Shown here piece by piece: positions 1 to 13,006 of a stretch of 64,000 bases of DNA. The stretch is from Ranitomeya imitator (Eukaryota): positions 605,926,001 to 605,990,000 of the forward strand of contig NC_091282.1 of assembly GCF_032444005.1 (NCBI RefSeq), given 5' to 3'. Position 1 is the first letter of the stretch. Every line of letters starts with the position of its first letter. The notes under the pieces are model-generated. The model had not been told where the DNA came from, did no database searches, and saw nothing but the letters and a program-made list of their open reading frames with translations. Position numbers and translations under genes: made by a program.

Positions 1-969
1 ATTCAATAAGACAGATGACATTTGTAGGATCACAGGAAATCATGGAGGAAACATTCCCGCTGGGTAAATGCAGATGTGAATGTGTCTGATCTTCTTCCAT
101 CGATGTCTTGCACCAGTTTGCTCCACATTATAGAAACAGTTCTGTCTCCGCCATCTAATATTGTTACCCTGATTATCTGTTTGCGTAATTGCAGGTTTCT
201 CAGTATAGATGTTCATATCTTTATTTGTTTTTAGTGCTTTGGCTCCCTCTAGCGGTCAGAGTTATGTTGACAGTTCAATCTTCTGTGTTTGTATTATCCA
301 TGTCTGATTCTCCTCCTCCTTTGCAATGCATTATGGTAGAACCAAAACACCTAAACAACAAGGATCCCTAAAATATAACGTTTATTGAACCAATAATAAA
401 AAATCTCTTAATCATGACACAAGTAAAAACGAATTAAATAAACAAATTATGTACCTATTAGGTCCTAGTAAGTCACTACGCTAAATCCTACCTGCCAGTG
501 GAAGTTGGCACCCTAATTTTCTGCGGTAGGCGCCCCCACTCCGCGTCGACTCGACCCTCACAAGTCCCTAGAATTCCCTAAATAAGGAACCCTAGGAGAT
601 CCTAACAATATCCCTAAAGGAAAATCCTACCTGGCAGTGGGGGTAGGCACCCTAATTTGAAACGGTAGGCGCCCCCACTCCGCGTCGACTAACCCTAGGA
701 ACCCTACAAAGTCCCTAAATAGGGATAGAAATAAAGAAATGTACCCAAAAACTCCCAAAAAACCCAAAGATAAAGAGAAAAAAAAAAATAGAAACAAAAA
801 ATATATACAAAAAAAATGAGACAATGTCTCATCCCCTAAGAGATACACCCAAATAGTCCAATATCGGGTATCTCTATAATATAGCACAAATATGCTCTTA
901 TATGTGTAAATGCAGAAATCTCAAGATGGGTAAATGAGATGATACTGTATGATTTTAATATTGTCCATA

Positions 970-2581
970 CAGGTCCTTCTCAAAAAATTAGCATATAGTG
1001 TTAAATTTCATTATTTACCATAATGTAATGATTACAATTAAACTTTCATATATTATAGATTCATTATCCACCAACTGAAATTTGTCAGGTCTTTTATTGT
1101 TTTAATACTGATGATTTTGGCATACAACTCCTGATAACCCAAAAAACCTGTCTCAATAAATTAGCATATTTCACCCATCCAATCAAATAAAAGTGTTTTT
1201 TAATAACAAACAAAAAAACCATCAAATAATAATGTTCAGTTATGCACTCAATACTTGGTCGGGAATCCTTTGGCAGAAATGACTGCTTCAATGCGGCGTG
1301 GCATGGAGGCAATCAGCCTGTGACACTGCTGAGATGTTATGGAGGCCCAGGATGCTTCAATAGCGGCCTTAAGCTCATCCAGAGTGTTGGGTCTTGCGTC
1401 TCTCAACTTTCTCTTCACAATATCCCACAGATTCTCTATGGGGTTCAGGTCAGGAGAGTTGGCAGGCCAATTGTGCACAGTAATACCATGGTCAGTAAAC
1501 CATTTACCAGTGGTTTTGGCACTGTGAGCAGGTGCCAGGTCGTGCTGAAAAATGAAATCTTCATCTCCATAAAGCATTTCAGCCGATGGAAGCATGAAGT
1601 GCTCCAAAATCTCCTGATAGCTAGCTGCATTGACCCTGCCCTTGATGAAACACAGTGGACCAACACCAGCAGCTGACATGGCACCCCACACCATCACTGA
1701 CTGTGGGTACTTGACACTGGACTTCAGGCATTTTGGCATTTCCTTCTCCCCAGTCTTCCTCCAGACTCTGGCACCTTGATTTCCGAATGACATGCAAAAT
1801 TTGCTTTCATCAGAAAAAAGTACTTGGGACCACTTAGCAACAGTCCAGTGCTGCTTCTCTGTAGCCCAGGTCAGGCGCCTCTGCCGCTGTTTATGGTTCA
1901 AAAGTGGCTTTACCTGGGGAATGCGGCACCTGTAGCCCATTTCCTGCACACGCCTGTGCACGGTGGCTCTGGATGTTTCCACACCAGACTCAGTCCACTG
2001 CTTCCTCAGGTTCCCCAAGGTCTGGAATCGGTCCTTCTCCACAATCTTCCTCAGGGTCCGGTCTCCTCTTCTCGTTGTACAGCGTTTTCTGCCACATTGT
2101 TTCCTTCCAACAGACTTACCATTGAGGTGCCTTGATACAGCACTCTGGGAACAGCCTATTTGTTGAGAAATTTCTTTCTGGGTCTTACCCTCTTGCTTGA
2201 GGGTGTCAATGATGGCCTTCTTGACATCTGTCAGGTCGCTAGTCTTACCCATGATGGGGGTTTTGAGTAATGAACCAGGCAGGGAGTTTATAAAAGCCTC
2301 AGGTATCTTTTGCATGTGTTTAGAGTTAATTAGTTGATTCAGAAGATTAGGGTAATAGGTCGTTTAGAGAACCTTTTCTTGATATGCTAATTTATTGAGA
2401 CAGGTTTTTTGGGTTATCAGGAGTTGCATGCCAAAATCACCAGTATTAAAACAATAAAAGACCTGACAAATTTCAGTTGGTGGATAATGAATCTATAATA
2501 TATGAAAGTTTAATTGTAATCATTACATTATGGTAAATAATGAAATTTAACACTATATGCTAATTTTTTGAGAAGGACCTG
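970..2581 (-). mobile_element. Full-length Tc1 DNA transposon, IR/DR type (1612 bp)
   Basis: ~200-bp TIRs starting CAGGTCCTTCTCAAAAAATTAGC with an inner direct repeat; TA at 968-969 and 2582-2583; the unoccupied single-TA site is visible in the other palindrome arm near 3395. Confidence 0.97.
1248..2252 (-). CDS. Tc1 transposase, intact, 334 aa from MGKTSDL
   Basis: Uninterrupted ORF; paired-like HTH N-terminus with GRKR linker; catalytic FSDESKF / FQHD / SPDLNPIE with 34 residues between the second D and the E (DD34E). Confidence 0.95.
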   Translation of the reverse strand: MGKTSDLTDVKKAIIDTLKQEGKTQKEISQQIGCSQSAVSRHLNGKSVGRKQCGRKRCTTRRGDRTLRKIVEKDRFQTLGNLRKQWTESGVETSRATVHRRVQEMGYRCRIPQVKPLLNHKQRQRRLTWATEKQHWTVAKWSQVLFSDESKFCMSFGNQGARVWRKTGEKEMPKCLKSSVKYPQSVMVWGAMSAAGVGPLCFIKGRVNAASYQEILEHFMLPSAEMLYGDEDFIFQHDLAPAHSAKTTGKWFTDHGITVHNWPANSPDLNPIENLWDIVKRKLRDARPNTLDELKAAIEASWASITSQQCHRLIASMPRRIEAVISAKGFPTKY

Positions 2582-5500
2582 TATACAAAAAAGCGCTCAT
2601 ACAATATAATACATGGATGCTTATAGTGTGTATATCAAATGAAAAACACACTATTTACTGCATACTGACATGCACCATAACAAAAAACCACCTCTACAGA
2701 TAGTGGTCAAAATTATATGTCAAGACGTCTCAATGAGCCAGTGCCTTATTAGAGAGACATGTATCACAAAGAAGAAAATGGGAATCAAATAGCACCTCAG
2801 GGTAAATAGCAAAGCACCTCAGGGTAAATAGATATCACCATATATTGTACCTATCCCATTTAAAGTGCACAGTGCAATAAGCATGATCTAACAAGTAGAT
2901 AAAATCTTATAGACAAGTTATCTTAAGTGCATGCTGCAGTAATGTAACAGGTCGACCCCACAAGCCTGGGGCCCCCAGAGAGGCAATATATTCTCAAACA
3001 TGGAGGGACACAATCATCCCCCCAAAAAATGCCATATCATTGATACTCATCTGCAGGCTTGCGGAGATGTCCGGATTTTATCTACTTGTTAGATCATGCT
3101 TATTGCACTGTGCACTTTAAATGGGATAGGTACAATACATGGTGATATCTATTTACCCTGAGGTGCTTTGCTATTTACCCTGAGGTGCTATTTGATTCCC
3201 ATTTTCTTCTTTGTGATACATGTCTCTGTAATAAGGCACTGGCTCATTGAGACGTCTTGACATATAATTTTGACCACTATCTGTAGAGGTGGTTTTTTGT
3301 TATGGTGCATGTCAGTATGCAGTAAATAGTGTGTTTTTCATTTGATATACACACTATAAGCATCCATGTATTATATTGTATGAGCGCTTTTTTGTATATG
3401 GACAATATTAAAATCATACAGTATCATCTCATTTACCCATCTTGAGATTTCTGCATTTACACATATAAGAGCATATTTGTGCTATATTATAGAGATACCC
3501 GATATTGGACTATTTGGGTGTATCTCTTAGGGGATGAGACATTGTCTCATTTTTTTTGTATATATTTTTTGTTTCTATTTTTTTTTTTTTTTCTCTTTAT
3601 CTTTGGGTTTTTTGGGAGTTTTTGGGTACATTTCTTTATTTCTATCCCTATTTAGGGACTTTGTAGGGTTCCTAGGGTTAGTCGACGCGGAGTGGGGGCG
3701 CCTACCGTTTCAAATTAGGGTGCCTACCCCCACTGCCAGGTAGGATTTTCCTTTAGGGATATTGTTAGGATCTCCTAGGGTTCCTTATTTAGGGAATTCT
3801 AGGGACTTGTGAGGGTCGAGTCGACGCGGAGTGGGGGCGCCTACCGCAGAAAATTAGGGTGCCAACCTCCACTGGCAGGTAGGATTTAGCGTAGTGACTT
3901 ACTAGGACCTAATAGGTACATAATTTGTTTATTTAATTCGTTTTTACTTGTGTCATGATTAAGAGATTTTTTATTATTGGTTCAATAAACGTTATATTTT
4001 AGGGATCCTTGTTGTTTAGGTGTTTTGATTTTTCTAGGGTCCTTAGTTACCCCCTTTTTTGGTTTTGTTCAATGCATTATGGTAGCTCAGCCTCCATTTC
4101 CCTCCATTTTTTCCTTTCACTTTCCTCAGTCTGCCTTCAAGGAAAGACGCTTCACTTCATCCCCCTTGCGATTGCATTGCCGGTATGTCTTTATGCTTCC
4201 TATAGATATTTCTGCTCCATATTAGCCTAGCCTAGCCAGTTGTACTCCCAGTTCAGTTTCTAGCCTTCTAAATGTTATGCATAATGTATATCATGTGTAT
4301 TATGTATCTGTTCTATACCATGCACTGATTCTATGTATATCATTGTTCACAGTTTCACCGCATCAATATACCACTACGTTTAATAAAGCACAGACTCAAC
4401 CACAGTCTTCTTATTGGACCCCGGTATAGCGGTTTAGCTGACTGTATAGCTACGTATGAGCCTGCCTCAGCTAGTGAGGACAGAACAGAAACCTTTCACA
4501 TTCAGCCATGTTTTCTGTTTCTTTTCCCTATTAGAACCTATGGGATACACTGGGGCCAGTATAGTGGCCAACGTGGGTGCTTTTTTTGGCAACAAATTGC
4601 ACATCATTGGTAAGTACATTTTTTAATGGTTCATCTCGAGTAAGAATATATAAATTTTTTTTTACGGAAATTATGTTATTATTTTGGGGATTGTATGTTG
4701 TTGAGAATGTGACAATAGAATAGAGTCTTTCTTAGAATTATTCTTGGTGTTAGAAAGTAATTGTTCTCACAAACGTTGCGAGACTCACTATGATATGTGT
4801 TTTGTTCAGAACAATTGCATTTCATTCGACAAGTTCTCTGAAGGGAATTCTTTTTTGTAATATGAGGAGGATGGCAGAAATTGGCTGCAAGAATAGAATT
4901 ACCAGCAGTTGGTTTCCTATAAGGTGCTAAACTGACTTTTACATGTTTATTATCTGCTGTTATTTGAAAAGTTAATACTCGTATGATGTAATGTCTGTAA
5001 ATTTAAGGTTAAAATGATTGATATATTGCACAAGCCCTTTGGCCTCTTTCTCAGTACATCCCCATGCCATTAAGAGATCATTTATGTATCTTCCTTACCT
5101 AATGATTTTATTACTGTACATATTATCCTTATTGTATAGATATAGTTCCTCCCATCTGGCCATGACTATATTTGCAAGAGACGGAGAGAACTCGGAACCC
5201 ATGCTTACTCCTTTCTTCTGCAAGATAAAATGGCCATCAAAACTAAAATGGTTATGGGTTAAAAGAAAATGTGCAGAAGATAACAGAAATTATTTGATTT
5301 CTATACTGTATGTATTAAAAGTGTTAAGATGGTATGACAAGCATTGTATTGCATTGTAAAGTGCTACTATGTCACACGATAACCATTTATAATGTGTTTG
5401 CCAGACAAATTTGTCAAATACAATAGTTACATTTTTTGTGTCTTTAATATAGCTAAGAATATCCTTGACCAATGGTTGTAAATAATGATGTACCAGGGCA

Positions 5501-6628
5501 ACTAGTTTTTCTCCCCATGACCCAATTCTGCCACCATGGGTCTTAGGTCGATGGAAATATATTTGGAAATGGTATGGAGAATATTGGAGATATTCCATGT
5601 CAATCACTTGTATCCTATTTGGCATGGGATTATTAATACCCCTATCAGTGTACAGTTGTAACAGAACACCAAGCAGCCGGGGGGGTCCGAGAGTCAAAGG
5701 GCTGTGACTGATCTCACACCTTGACCAGCCCAGAGCAGAACAAAAGGATTGCTGCCACGTGGAGACCATGCGGTTAAAATTGGTTTGTTAAGTCAACTAT
5801 GATTCCGTAAGTAGTTATGGAGATATTATATGTCCTAGCCATACATCGTGTATATTTCTGAGATCCCTGGACCAGACCGGATACCTTCCAGGGTTTCGAT
5901 CTGTTCTAGCACCTAGGGCTATGGAGATACATAGAACAACTACTAGAAGTCAGGTAGTAAAGCTGCATTTGCTCTTAATGCGTAGTAGGAGCCTGTTATG
6001 TAGGCAATCCAGTGACACAGTGTGCCAGCAATCAGAGCACATACAGTGATCTGACAATAACCCAAAAAACAATAGAACGAGCTCTGAGACGTGGAATCTC
6101 TGTAGACCGCAATACCTGAACCTATCCTAAACACAACTAAAGGCAGCTGTGGATTGCGCCTGACACTACCTATGCAACTCGGCACAGCCTGAGGAGCTGA
6201 CTAGCCTGAAGATAGAAAAACAAGCCTGACTTGCCTCAGAAAAATACCCCAAAGGAAAAGGCAGCCCCCCACAAATAATGACTGTTAGCAAGATGAAAAG
6301 ACAAACGTAGGGCTGAAATAGATTCAGCAAAGTGAGGCCCGATATTCTAGATAGAGCGAGGATAGCAAAGAGAACTTTGCAGTCTACAAAAAACCCTAAA
6401 GCAAAAAACCACGCAAAGGGGGCAAAAAGACCCACCGTGCCGAACTAACGGCACGGCGGTACACCCTTTGCGTCTCAGAGCTTCCAGCAAAACGAATTAA
6501 CAAGCTGGACAGAAAAAGTAGCAACAAAAGCAAAGAAGCACTTATCTAAGCAGAGCAGCAGGCCACAGGAAAGATCCAGAAGCTCAGATCCAACACTGGA
6601 ACATTGACAAGGAGCAAGGAAGACAGAA

Positions 6629-9600
6629 TCAGGTGGAGTTAAATAACAAAGCAGCCAACGAGCTCACCAGAACACCTGAGGGAGGAAGCTCAGAAGCTGC
6701 AGTACCACTTGTGACCACAGGAGTGAATTCAGCCACAAAATTCACAACAGTACCCCCCCCTTGAGGAGGGGTCACCGAACCCTCACCAGAGCCCCCAGGC
6801 CGACCAGGATGAGCCACATGAAAGGCACGAACAAGATCTGGAGCATGGACATCAGAGGCAAAAACCCAGGAATTATCTTCCTGAGCATAACCCTTCCATT
6901 TAACCAGATACTGGAGTTTCCGTCTAGAAACACGAGAATCCAAAATTTTCTCCACAATATACTCCAATTCCCCCTCCACCAAAACCGGGGCAGGAGGCTC
7001 AACAGATGGAACCATAGGTGCCACGTATCTCCGCAACAACGACCTATGGAATACATTATGTATGGAAAAGGAGTCTGGGAGGGTCAGACGAAAAGACACA
7101 GGATTGAGAATCTCAGAAATCCTATACGGACCAATAAAACGAGGTTTAAATTTAGGAGAGGAAACCTTCATAGGAATATGATGAGAAGATAACCAAACCA
7201 GATCCCCAGCACGAAGTCGGGGACCCACACGGCGTCTGTGATTAGCGAAAAGTTGAGCCTTCTCCTGGGGCAAGGTCAAATTGTCCACTACCTGAGTCCA
7301 GATCTGCTGCAACCTGTCCACCACAGAATCCACACCAGGACAGTCCGAAGACTCAACCTGTCCTGAAGAGAAACGAGGATGGAACCCAGAATTGCAGAAA
7401 AATGGAGAGACCAAGGTAGCCGAGCTGGCCCGATTATTAAGGGCGAACTCAGCCAACGGCAAAAAGGACACCCAATCATCCTGGTCTGCAGAAACAAAAC
7501 ATCTCAGATATGTTTCCAAGGTCTGATTGGTTCGTTCGGTCTGGCCATTAGTCTGAGGATGGAAAGCCGAGGAAAAAGATAGGTCAATGCCCATCCTACC
7601 ACAAAAGGCTCGCCAAAACCTTGAAACAAACTGGGAACCTCTGTCAGAAACAATATTCTCAGGAATGCCATGCAAACGAACCACATGCTGGAAGAACAAA
7701 GGCACCAAATCAGAGGAGGAAGGCAATTTAACCAAGGGCACCAGATGGACCATTTTAGAAAAGCGATCACAGACCACCCAAATGACTGACATCTTTTGAG
7801 AAACGGGAAGGTCAGAAATGAAATCCATCGAAATATGTGTCCAAGGCCTCTTTGGGATCGGCAAGGGCAAAAGCAACCCACTGGCACGTGAACAGCAGGG
7901 CTTAGCCCTAGCACAAATCCCACAGGACTGCACAAAAGTACGTACATCCCGTGACAGAGATGGCCACCAGAAGGATCGAGCCACTAACTCTCTGGTATCA
8001 AAAATTCCAGGATGACCAGCCAACACCGAACAATGAAGTTCAGAGATAACTTTACTAGTCCACCTATCAGGGACGAACAGTTTCTCCGCCGGACAACGAT
8101 CAGGTTTATTCGCCTGAAATTTTTGCAACACTCGCCGCAAATCAGGGGAGATGGCAGACACAATGACTCCTTCCTTGAGGATACTCGCCAGCTCAGATGA
8201 ACCCGGAGAGTCGGGCACAAAACTCCTAGACAGAGCATCCGCCTTCACATTTTTAGAGCCCGGAAGGTACGAAATCACAAAATCGAAGCGGGCAAAAAAT
8301 AACGACCAAAGGGCCTGTCTAGGATTCAAGCGCTTGGCAGACTCGAGATAAGTAAGGTTCTTATGATCAGTCAATACCACCACGCGATGCTTAGCTCCTT
8401 CAAGCCAATGACGCCATTCCTCGAATGCCCACTTCATGGCCAGCAACTCTCGGTTGCCCACATCATAATTACGCTCAGCAGCCGAAAACTTCCTGGAAAA
8501 GAAAGCACATGGTTTCAACACTGAGCAACCAGAACCTCTCTGTGACAAAACCGCCCCTGCTCCAATCTCAGAAGCATCAACCTCGACCTGGAACGGAAGA
8601 GAAACATCTGGTTGACACAACACAGGGGCAGAACAAAAACGACGCTTCAACTCCTGAAAAGCTTCCACAGCAGCAGAAGACCAATTAACCAAATCAGCAC
8701 CCTTCTTGGTCAAATCGGTCAATGGTTTGGCAATGCTAGAAAAATTACAGATGAAGCGACGATAAAAATTAGCAAAGCCCAGGAACTTTTGCAGACTTTT
8801 CAGAGATGTCGGCTGAGTCCAATCCTGGATGGCTTGGACCTTAACCGGATCCATCTCGATAGTAGAAGGGGAAAAGATGAACCCCAAAAATGAAACTTTC
8901 TGCACACCGAAGAGACACTTTGATCCCTTCACAAACAAAGAATTAGCACGCAGGACCTGGAAAACCATTCTGACCTGCTTCACATGAGAGTCCCAATCAT
9001 CTGAGAAGATCAAAATGTCATCCAAGTAAACAATCAGGAATTTATCCAGATACTCACGGAAGATGTCATGCATAAAAGACTGAAACACAGATGGAGCATT
9101 GGCAAGTCCGAACGGCATCACTAGATACTCAAAATGACCCTCGGGCGTATTAAATGCAGTTTTCCATTCATCTCCTTGCCTGATTCTCACCAGATTATAC
9201 GCACCACGAAGATCTATCTTAGTGAACCAACTAGCCCCCTTAATCCGAGCAAACAAGTCAGATAACAATGGCAAGGGATACTGAAATTTAACAGTGATTT
9301 TATTAAGAAGGCGGTAATCAATACACGGTCTCAGCGAACCATCCTTCTTGGCTACAAAAAAGAACCCTGCTCCCAGTGGTGATGACGATGGGCGAATATG
9401 TCCCTTCTCCAGGGATTCCTTCACATAACTGCGCATAGCGGCGTGTTCAGGCACGGATAAATTAAATAATCGACCTTTTGGGATTTTACTACCAGGAATC
9501 AAATTGATAGCACAATCACAATCCCTATGCGGAGGTAGGGCATCGGACTTGGGCTCTTCAAATACATCCTGATAATCAGACAAGAACTCTGGGACCTCAG

Positions 9601-11256
9601 AAGGAGTGGATGACGAAATAGACAAAAATGGAACATCACCATGTACCCCCTGACAACCCCAGCTGGATACCGAGATAGAGTTCCAATCCAATACTGGATT
9701 ATGGGTTTGCAGCCATGGCAACCCCAACACGACCACATCATGCAGATTATGTAGCACCAGAAAGCGAATAACTTCCTGATGTGCAGGAGCCATGCACATG
9801 GTCAGCTGGGTCCAGTACTGAGGTTTATTCTTGGCCAAAGGTGTAGCATCAATTCCTCTCAACGGAATAGGACACCGCAAAGGCTCCAAGAAAAACCCAC
9901 AACGTTTAGCATAATCCAAATCCATCAGATTCAGGGCAGCGCCTGAATCCACAAACGCCATGACAGAATACGATGACAAAGAGCATATCAAGGTAATGGA
10001 CAGAAGGAATTTGGATTGTACAGTACCAATGACGGCAGACCTATCGAACCGCTTAGGCTATGTTCACATTAGCGTTGCGCCGCCGTGCGTCGGCGACGCA
10101 ACGCGCGACGCACGCTAAAACGCGCGCAAACGCGTGCAAAAACGCGCGCGTTTTGCGACGCGTGCGTCGTTTTCCGACGAAAATCGGACGCACAGAAAAT
10201 GCTACATGTAGCGTTTTCTTGCGTCCGACGCTAGCGTTGGAAACGACGCACGTGGCGAAAAACGCCACCAAAACGACGCACGCGTCCCCTATGTTAAACA
10301 TAGGGGCGCGTCGCCGCTGCGTCGCCGCTGCGTCGCCGGCGCAACAGCGACGCACATTGGCGGAACGCCAATGTGAACGTAGCCTTAGTGCGCTTAGGAC
10401 AATCAGAAATAGCATGAGTGGAATCACCACAGTAGAAACACAGACCATTCAGACGTCTGTGTTCTTGCCGTTCAACTCTGGTCATAGTCCTATCGCACTG
10501 CATAGGCTCAGGTTTAATCTTAGACAATACCGCCAAATGGTGCACAGATTTACGCTCGCGCAAACGTCGACCGATCTGAATGGCCAAAGACATAGACTCA
10601 TTCAAACCAGTAGGCATAGGAAAACCCACCATGACATCCTTAAGAGCCTCAAAGAGACCCTTTCTGAACAAAGCTGCCAGCGCAGATTCATTCCACAGAG
10701 TGAGTACTGACCACTTCCTAAATTTCTGACAATATACTTCTATATCATCCTGGCCCTGGCACAAAGCCAGCAAATTTTTCTCAGCCTGATCCACTGAATT
10801 AGGCTCATCGTAAAGTAATCCGAGCGCCAGGAAAAACGCATTGACATTACTCAATGCAGGGTCTCCTGGCGCAAGAGAAAATGCCCAGTCCTGAGGGTCG
10901 CCGCGCAAAAAAGAAATAATAATCAAAACCTGTTGAATAGGATTACCAGAAGAATGAGGTTTCAAGGCCAGAAATAGCTTACAATTATTTTTGAAATTAA
11001 GAAACTTAGTTCTATCACCAAAAAACAAATCAGGAATAGGAATTCTTGGTTCTAACATAGATTTCTGATCAATAGTATCTTGAATCCTTTGTACATTTGT
11101 AACCAGATTATCCATTGAAGAGCACAGACCCTGAATATCCATGTCCACACCTGTGTCCTGAAACACCCAAATGTCTAGGGGAAAAAAAAGACTGAACACA
11201 GAGCTGAGAAAAAAAAATGATGTCAGAACTTCTTTTTTCCCTCTATTGAGAATCAT
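6629..11256 (-). pseudogene. Gypsy-1 gag-pol, interrupted by a MITE just after the zinc knuckle
   Basis: Gag with [14 protein letters not shown] knuckle; protease FVDSGA; RT YLDD; RNase H; integrase HHCC plus DDE; C-terminal chromodomain YIVEKILDSR...YLVKWKGY. The ORF stops inside the 3' LTR. Confidence 0.93.
10056..10384. mobile_element. PIF/Harbinger-type MITE (329 bp)
   Basis: TIR GGCTAYGTTCACATT; 3-bp TSD TTA (10053-55, 10385-87); the empty site is seen in Gypsy-2 and Gypsy-3. Confidence 0.9.
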
Positions 11257-13006
11257 TAGGTTGGCTCCTTGTACTGTTATGTAGGCAATCCAGTGACACA
11301 GTGTGCCAGCAATCAGAGCACATACAGTGATCTGACAATAACCCAAAAAACAATAGAACAAGCTCTGAGACGTGGAATCTCTGTAGACCGCAATACCTGA
11401 ACCTATCCTAAACACAACTAAAGGCAGCTGTGGATTGCGCCTGACACTACCTATGCAACTCGGCACAGCCTGAGGAGCTGACTAGCCTGAAGATAGAAAA
11501 ACAAGCCTGACTTGCCTCAGAAAAATACCCCAAAGGAAAAGCAGCCCCCCACAAATAATGACTGTTAGCAAGATGAAAAGACAAACGTAGGGATGAAATA
11601 GATTCAGCAAAGTGAGGCCCGATATTCTAGATAGAGCGAGGATAGCAAAGAGAACTTTGCAGTCTACAAAAAACCCTAAAGCAAAAAACCACGCAAAGGG
11701 GGCAAAAAGACCCACCGTGCCGAACTAACGGCACGGCGGTACACCCTTTGCGTCTCAGAGCTTCCAGCAAAACGAATTAACAAGCTGGACAGAAAAAGTA
11801 GCAACAAAAGCAAAGAAGCACTTATCTAAGCAGAGCAGCAGGCCACAGGAAAGATCCAGAAGCTCAGATCCAACACTGGAACATTGACAAGGAGCAAGGA
11901 AGACAGAATCAGGTGGAGTTAAATAACAAAGCAGCCAACGAGCTCACCAGAACACCTGAGGGAGGAAGCTCAGAAGCTGCAGTACCACTTGTGACCACAG
12001 GAGTGAATTCAGCCACAGAATTCACAACAGGAGCCCATCTGGATCCAGTGGTGCCAAAACCGCCACACTAGAACCGTCCAGACAGGAGTTATGATCTTTC
12101 ATAGGGTTTGGAAATTTAGCTTCAAACCTTCAGAGGAAGGGAATAAGGACCATCCTCTGGGTGGAAAAGTGTGTCACCAACCAAGGGATTAAATGCTCCT
12201 TCAGGGCTTTCCCTAGTGCTTTTTGTCCTACCACTATTGTATTTGAAAATCTGACCATTGTGTATATATAACCATTGTGTAAATAATGTATTGTCTAGTG
12301 TTCCCTTAAGGCGATGAAATATATAATTTAACCTTGGGCTGCTCTTTTTTCTCGATCCACAAATCCACACGTCCGTTTCTCGATTTAACTTCCCATGCTA
12401 CTGGGGCTGGTTTCTGGCCCGATATAACCCTGTTAACCGACCAGGAGTATATCGATCAAGGAATTGGTGGCAGTCCTAACAGGCTGACCAGGCGTGGTTT
12501 CACTGGTGCTAGTCAATGGGGTCTCTCAGCCTGTTAGGGTTGTGGGCAAGTATGGTGCCACATCAGTGACTGTGTGAGCCACCTCCTCTCACTCCCCGTG
12601 CCTCCCTGGGCCTGTGTGGACAGGGGGTTTTCTGTAAAACTGTCTCAAGCAGACCCCAGGGGGCGCAGAACAACACGTTGGTACAAGTGGGGAGATCTTA
12701 CCATGTGATCCCGCTGACATAATATTAATGTCAGGTGGGGTGGCGAGGTGTAGATCCTTCACAAATGGTATATAGGTATGGTGAGATGATCAATGTCGAG
12801 GTATTCTGCCACTTTTTTATTTATTGCACCTATGTGTAAACCCTCTTGCATTAAATCATATAAGATAGAATTAAAGTGAGTGGTAGGATCTTTAGGCAGT
12901 TCAAAGTATACATCCTTGTTTTCCAAATCCGCCATGTTCAGTTTCTTCTAGAGACCAGCATTTAGTGTAACAATTGTACCACCCTTGACTGATGGACGAA
13001 TGATTA

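Larger units (their letters stand above)
340..4069 (+). mobile_element. Fold-back non-coding insertion (~2.1 kb net), probably a 5'-truncated Penelope-like element with inverted pLTR
   Basis: Left arm 340-2906 (minus the Tc1) is the near-perfect reverse complement of 3074-4030 (~955 bp); 167-bp spacer; 39-nt unpaired 3' extension 4031-4069; 16-bp direct repeat CAATGCATTATGGTAG at 324-339 and 4070-4085. The PLE class assignment is inference. Confidence 0.6.
138..4487. mobile_element. Solo LTR (~604 bp net), interrupted by the fold-back element
   Basis: 5-bp TSD GAAAC at 133-137 and 4488-4492; terminal inverted repeat aGTTCTGTC...GACAGAACA (first T mutated); AATAAA near 4382; removing it restores the Penelope KGF|Y junction. 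Confidence 0.7.
5994..12029 (-). mobile_element. Gypsy-1: chromodomain Ty3/Gypsy (Tf1/sushi group) LTR retrotransposon
   Basis: LTRs 11275-12029 (5') and 5994-6749 (3'), TG...CA, only ~4-5 differences by eye; polypurine tract next to 6750; 6-bp TSD GGAGCC at 5988-5993 and 12030-12035. Confidence 0.97.
5573..12763. mobile_element. Old solo LTR (~1.15 kb net) inserted in the Penelope RT and itself host to Gypsy-1
   Basis: 5-bp TSD AATGG at 5568-5572 and 12764-12768; ends TATGGAGAA...TCCTTCACA (degenerate TG...CA); removal roughly restores the Penelope IPIYHF...RPMVA motif. Confidence 0.55.

Noticed and set aside
3681-3884. Hammerhead, HDV-like or twister ribozyme
   Set aside because: No CTGANGA/GAAA core; no CC in the candidate L3 for the HDV P1.1 helix; twister core nucleotides not in the required order.
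340-4030. Palindrome as an assembly fold-back artefact
   Set aside because: The arms differ by point changes and by the Tc1, and the unit is bracketed by a 16-bp TSD; read-level confirmation is still advisable.
4066-4487. Separate short solo LTR starting TGTTC at 4066
   Set aside because: No TSD; better explained as the right part of the 138-4487 LTR with GAAAC TSD.
12122-12370. 82-aa ORF as an RT or host-gene fragment
   Set aside because: No convincing motif; it lies inside the inferred old solo LTR.
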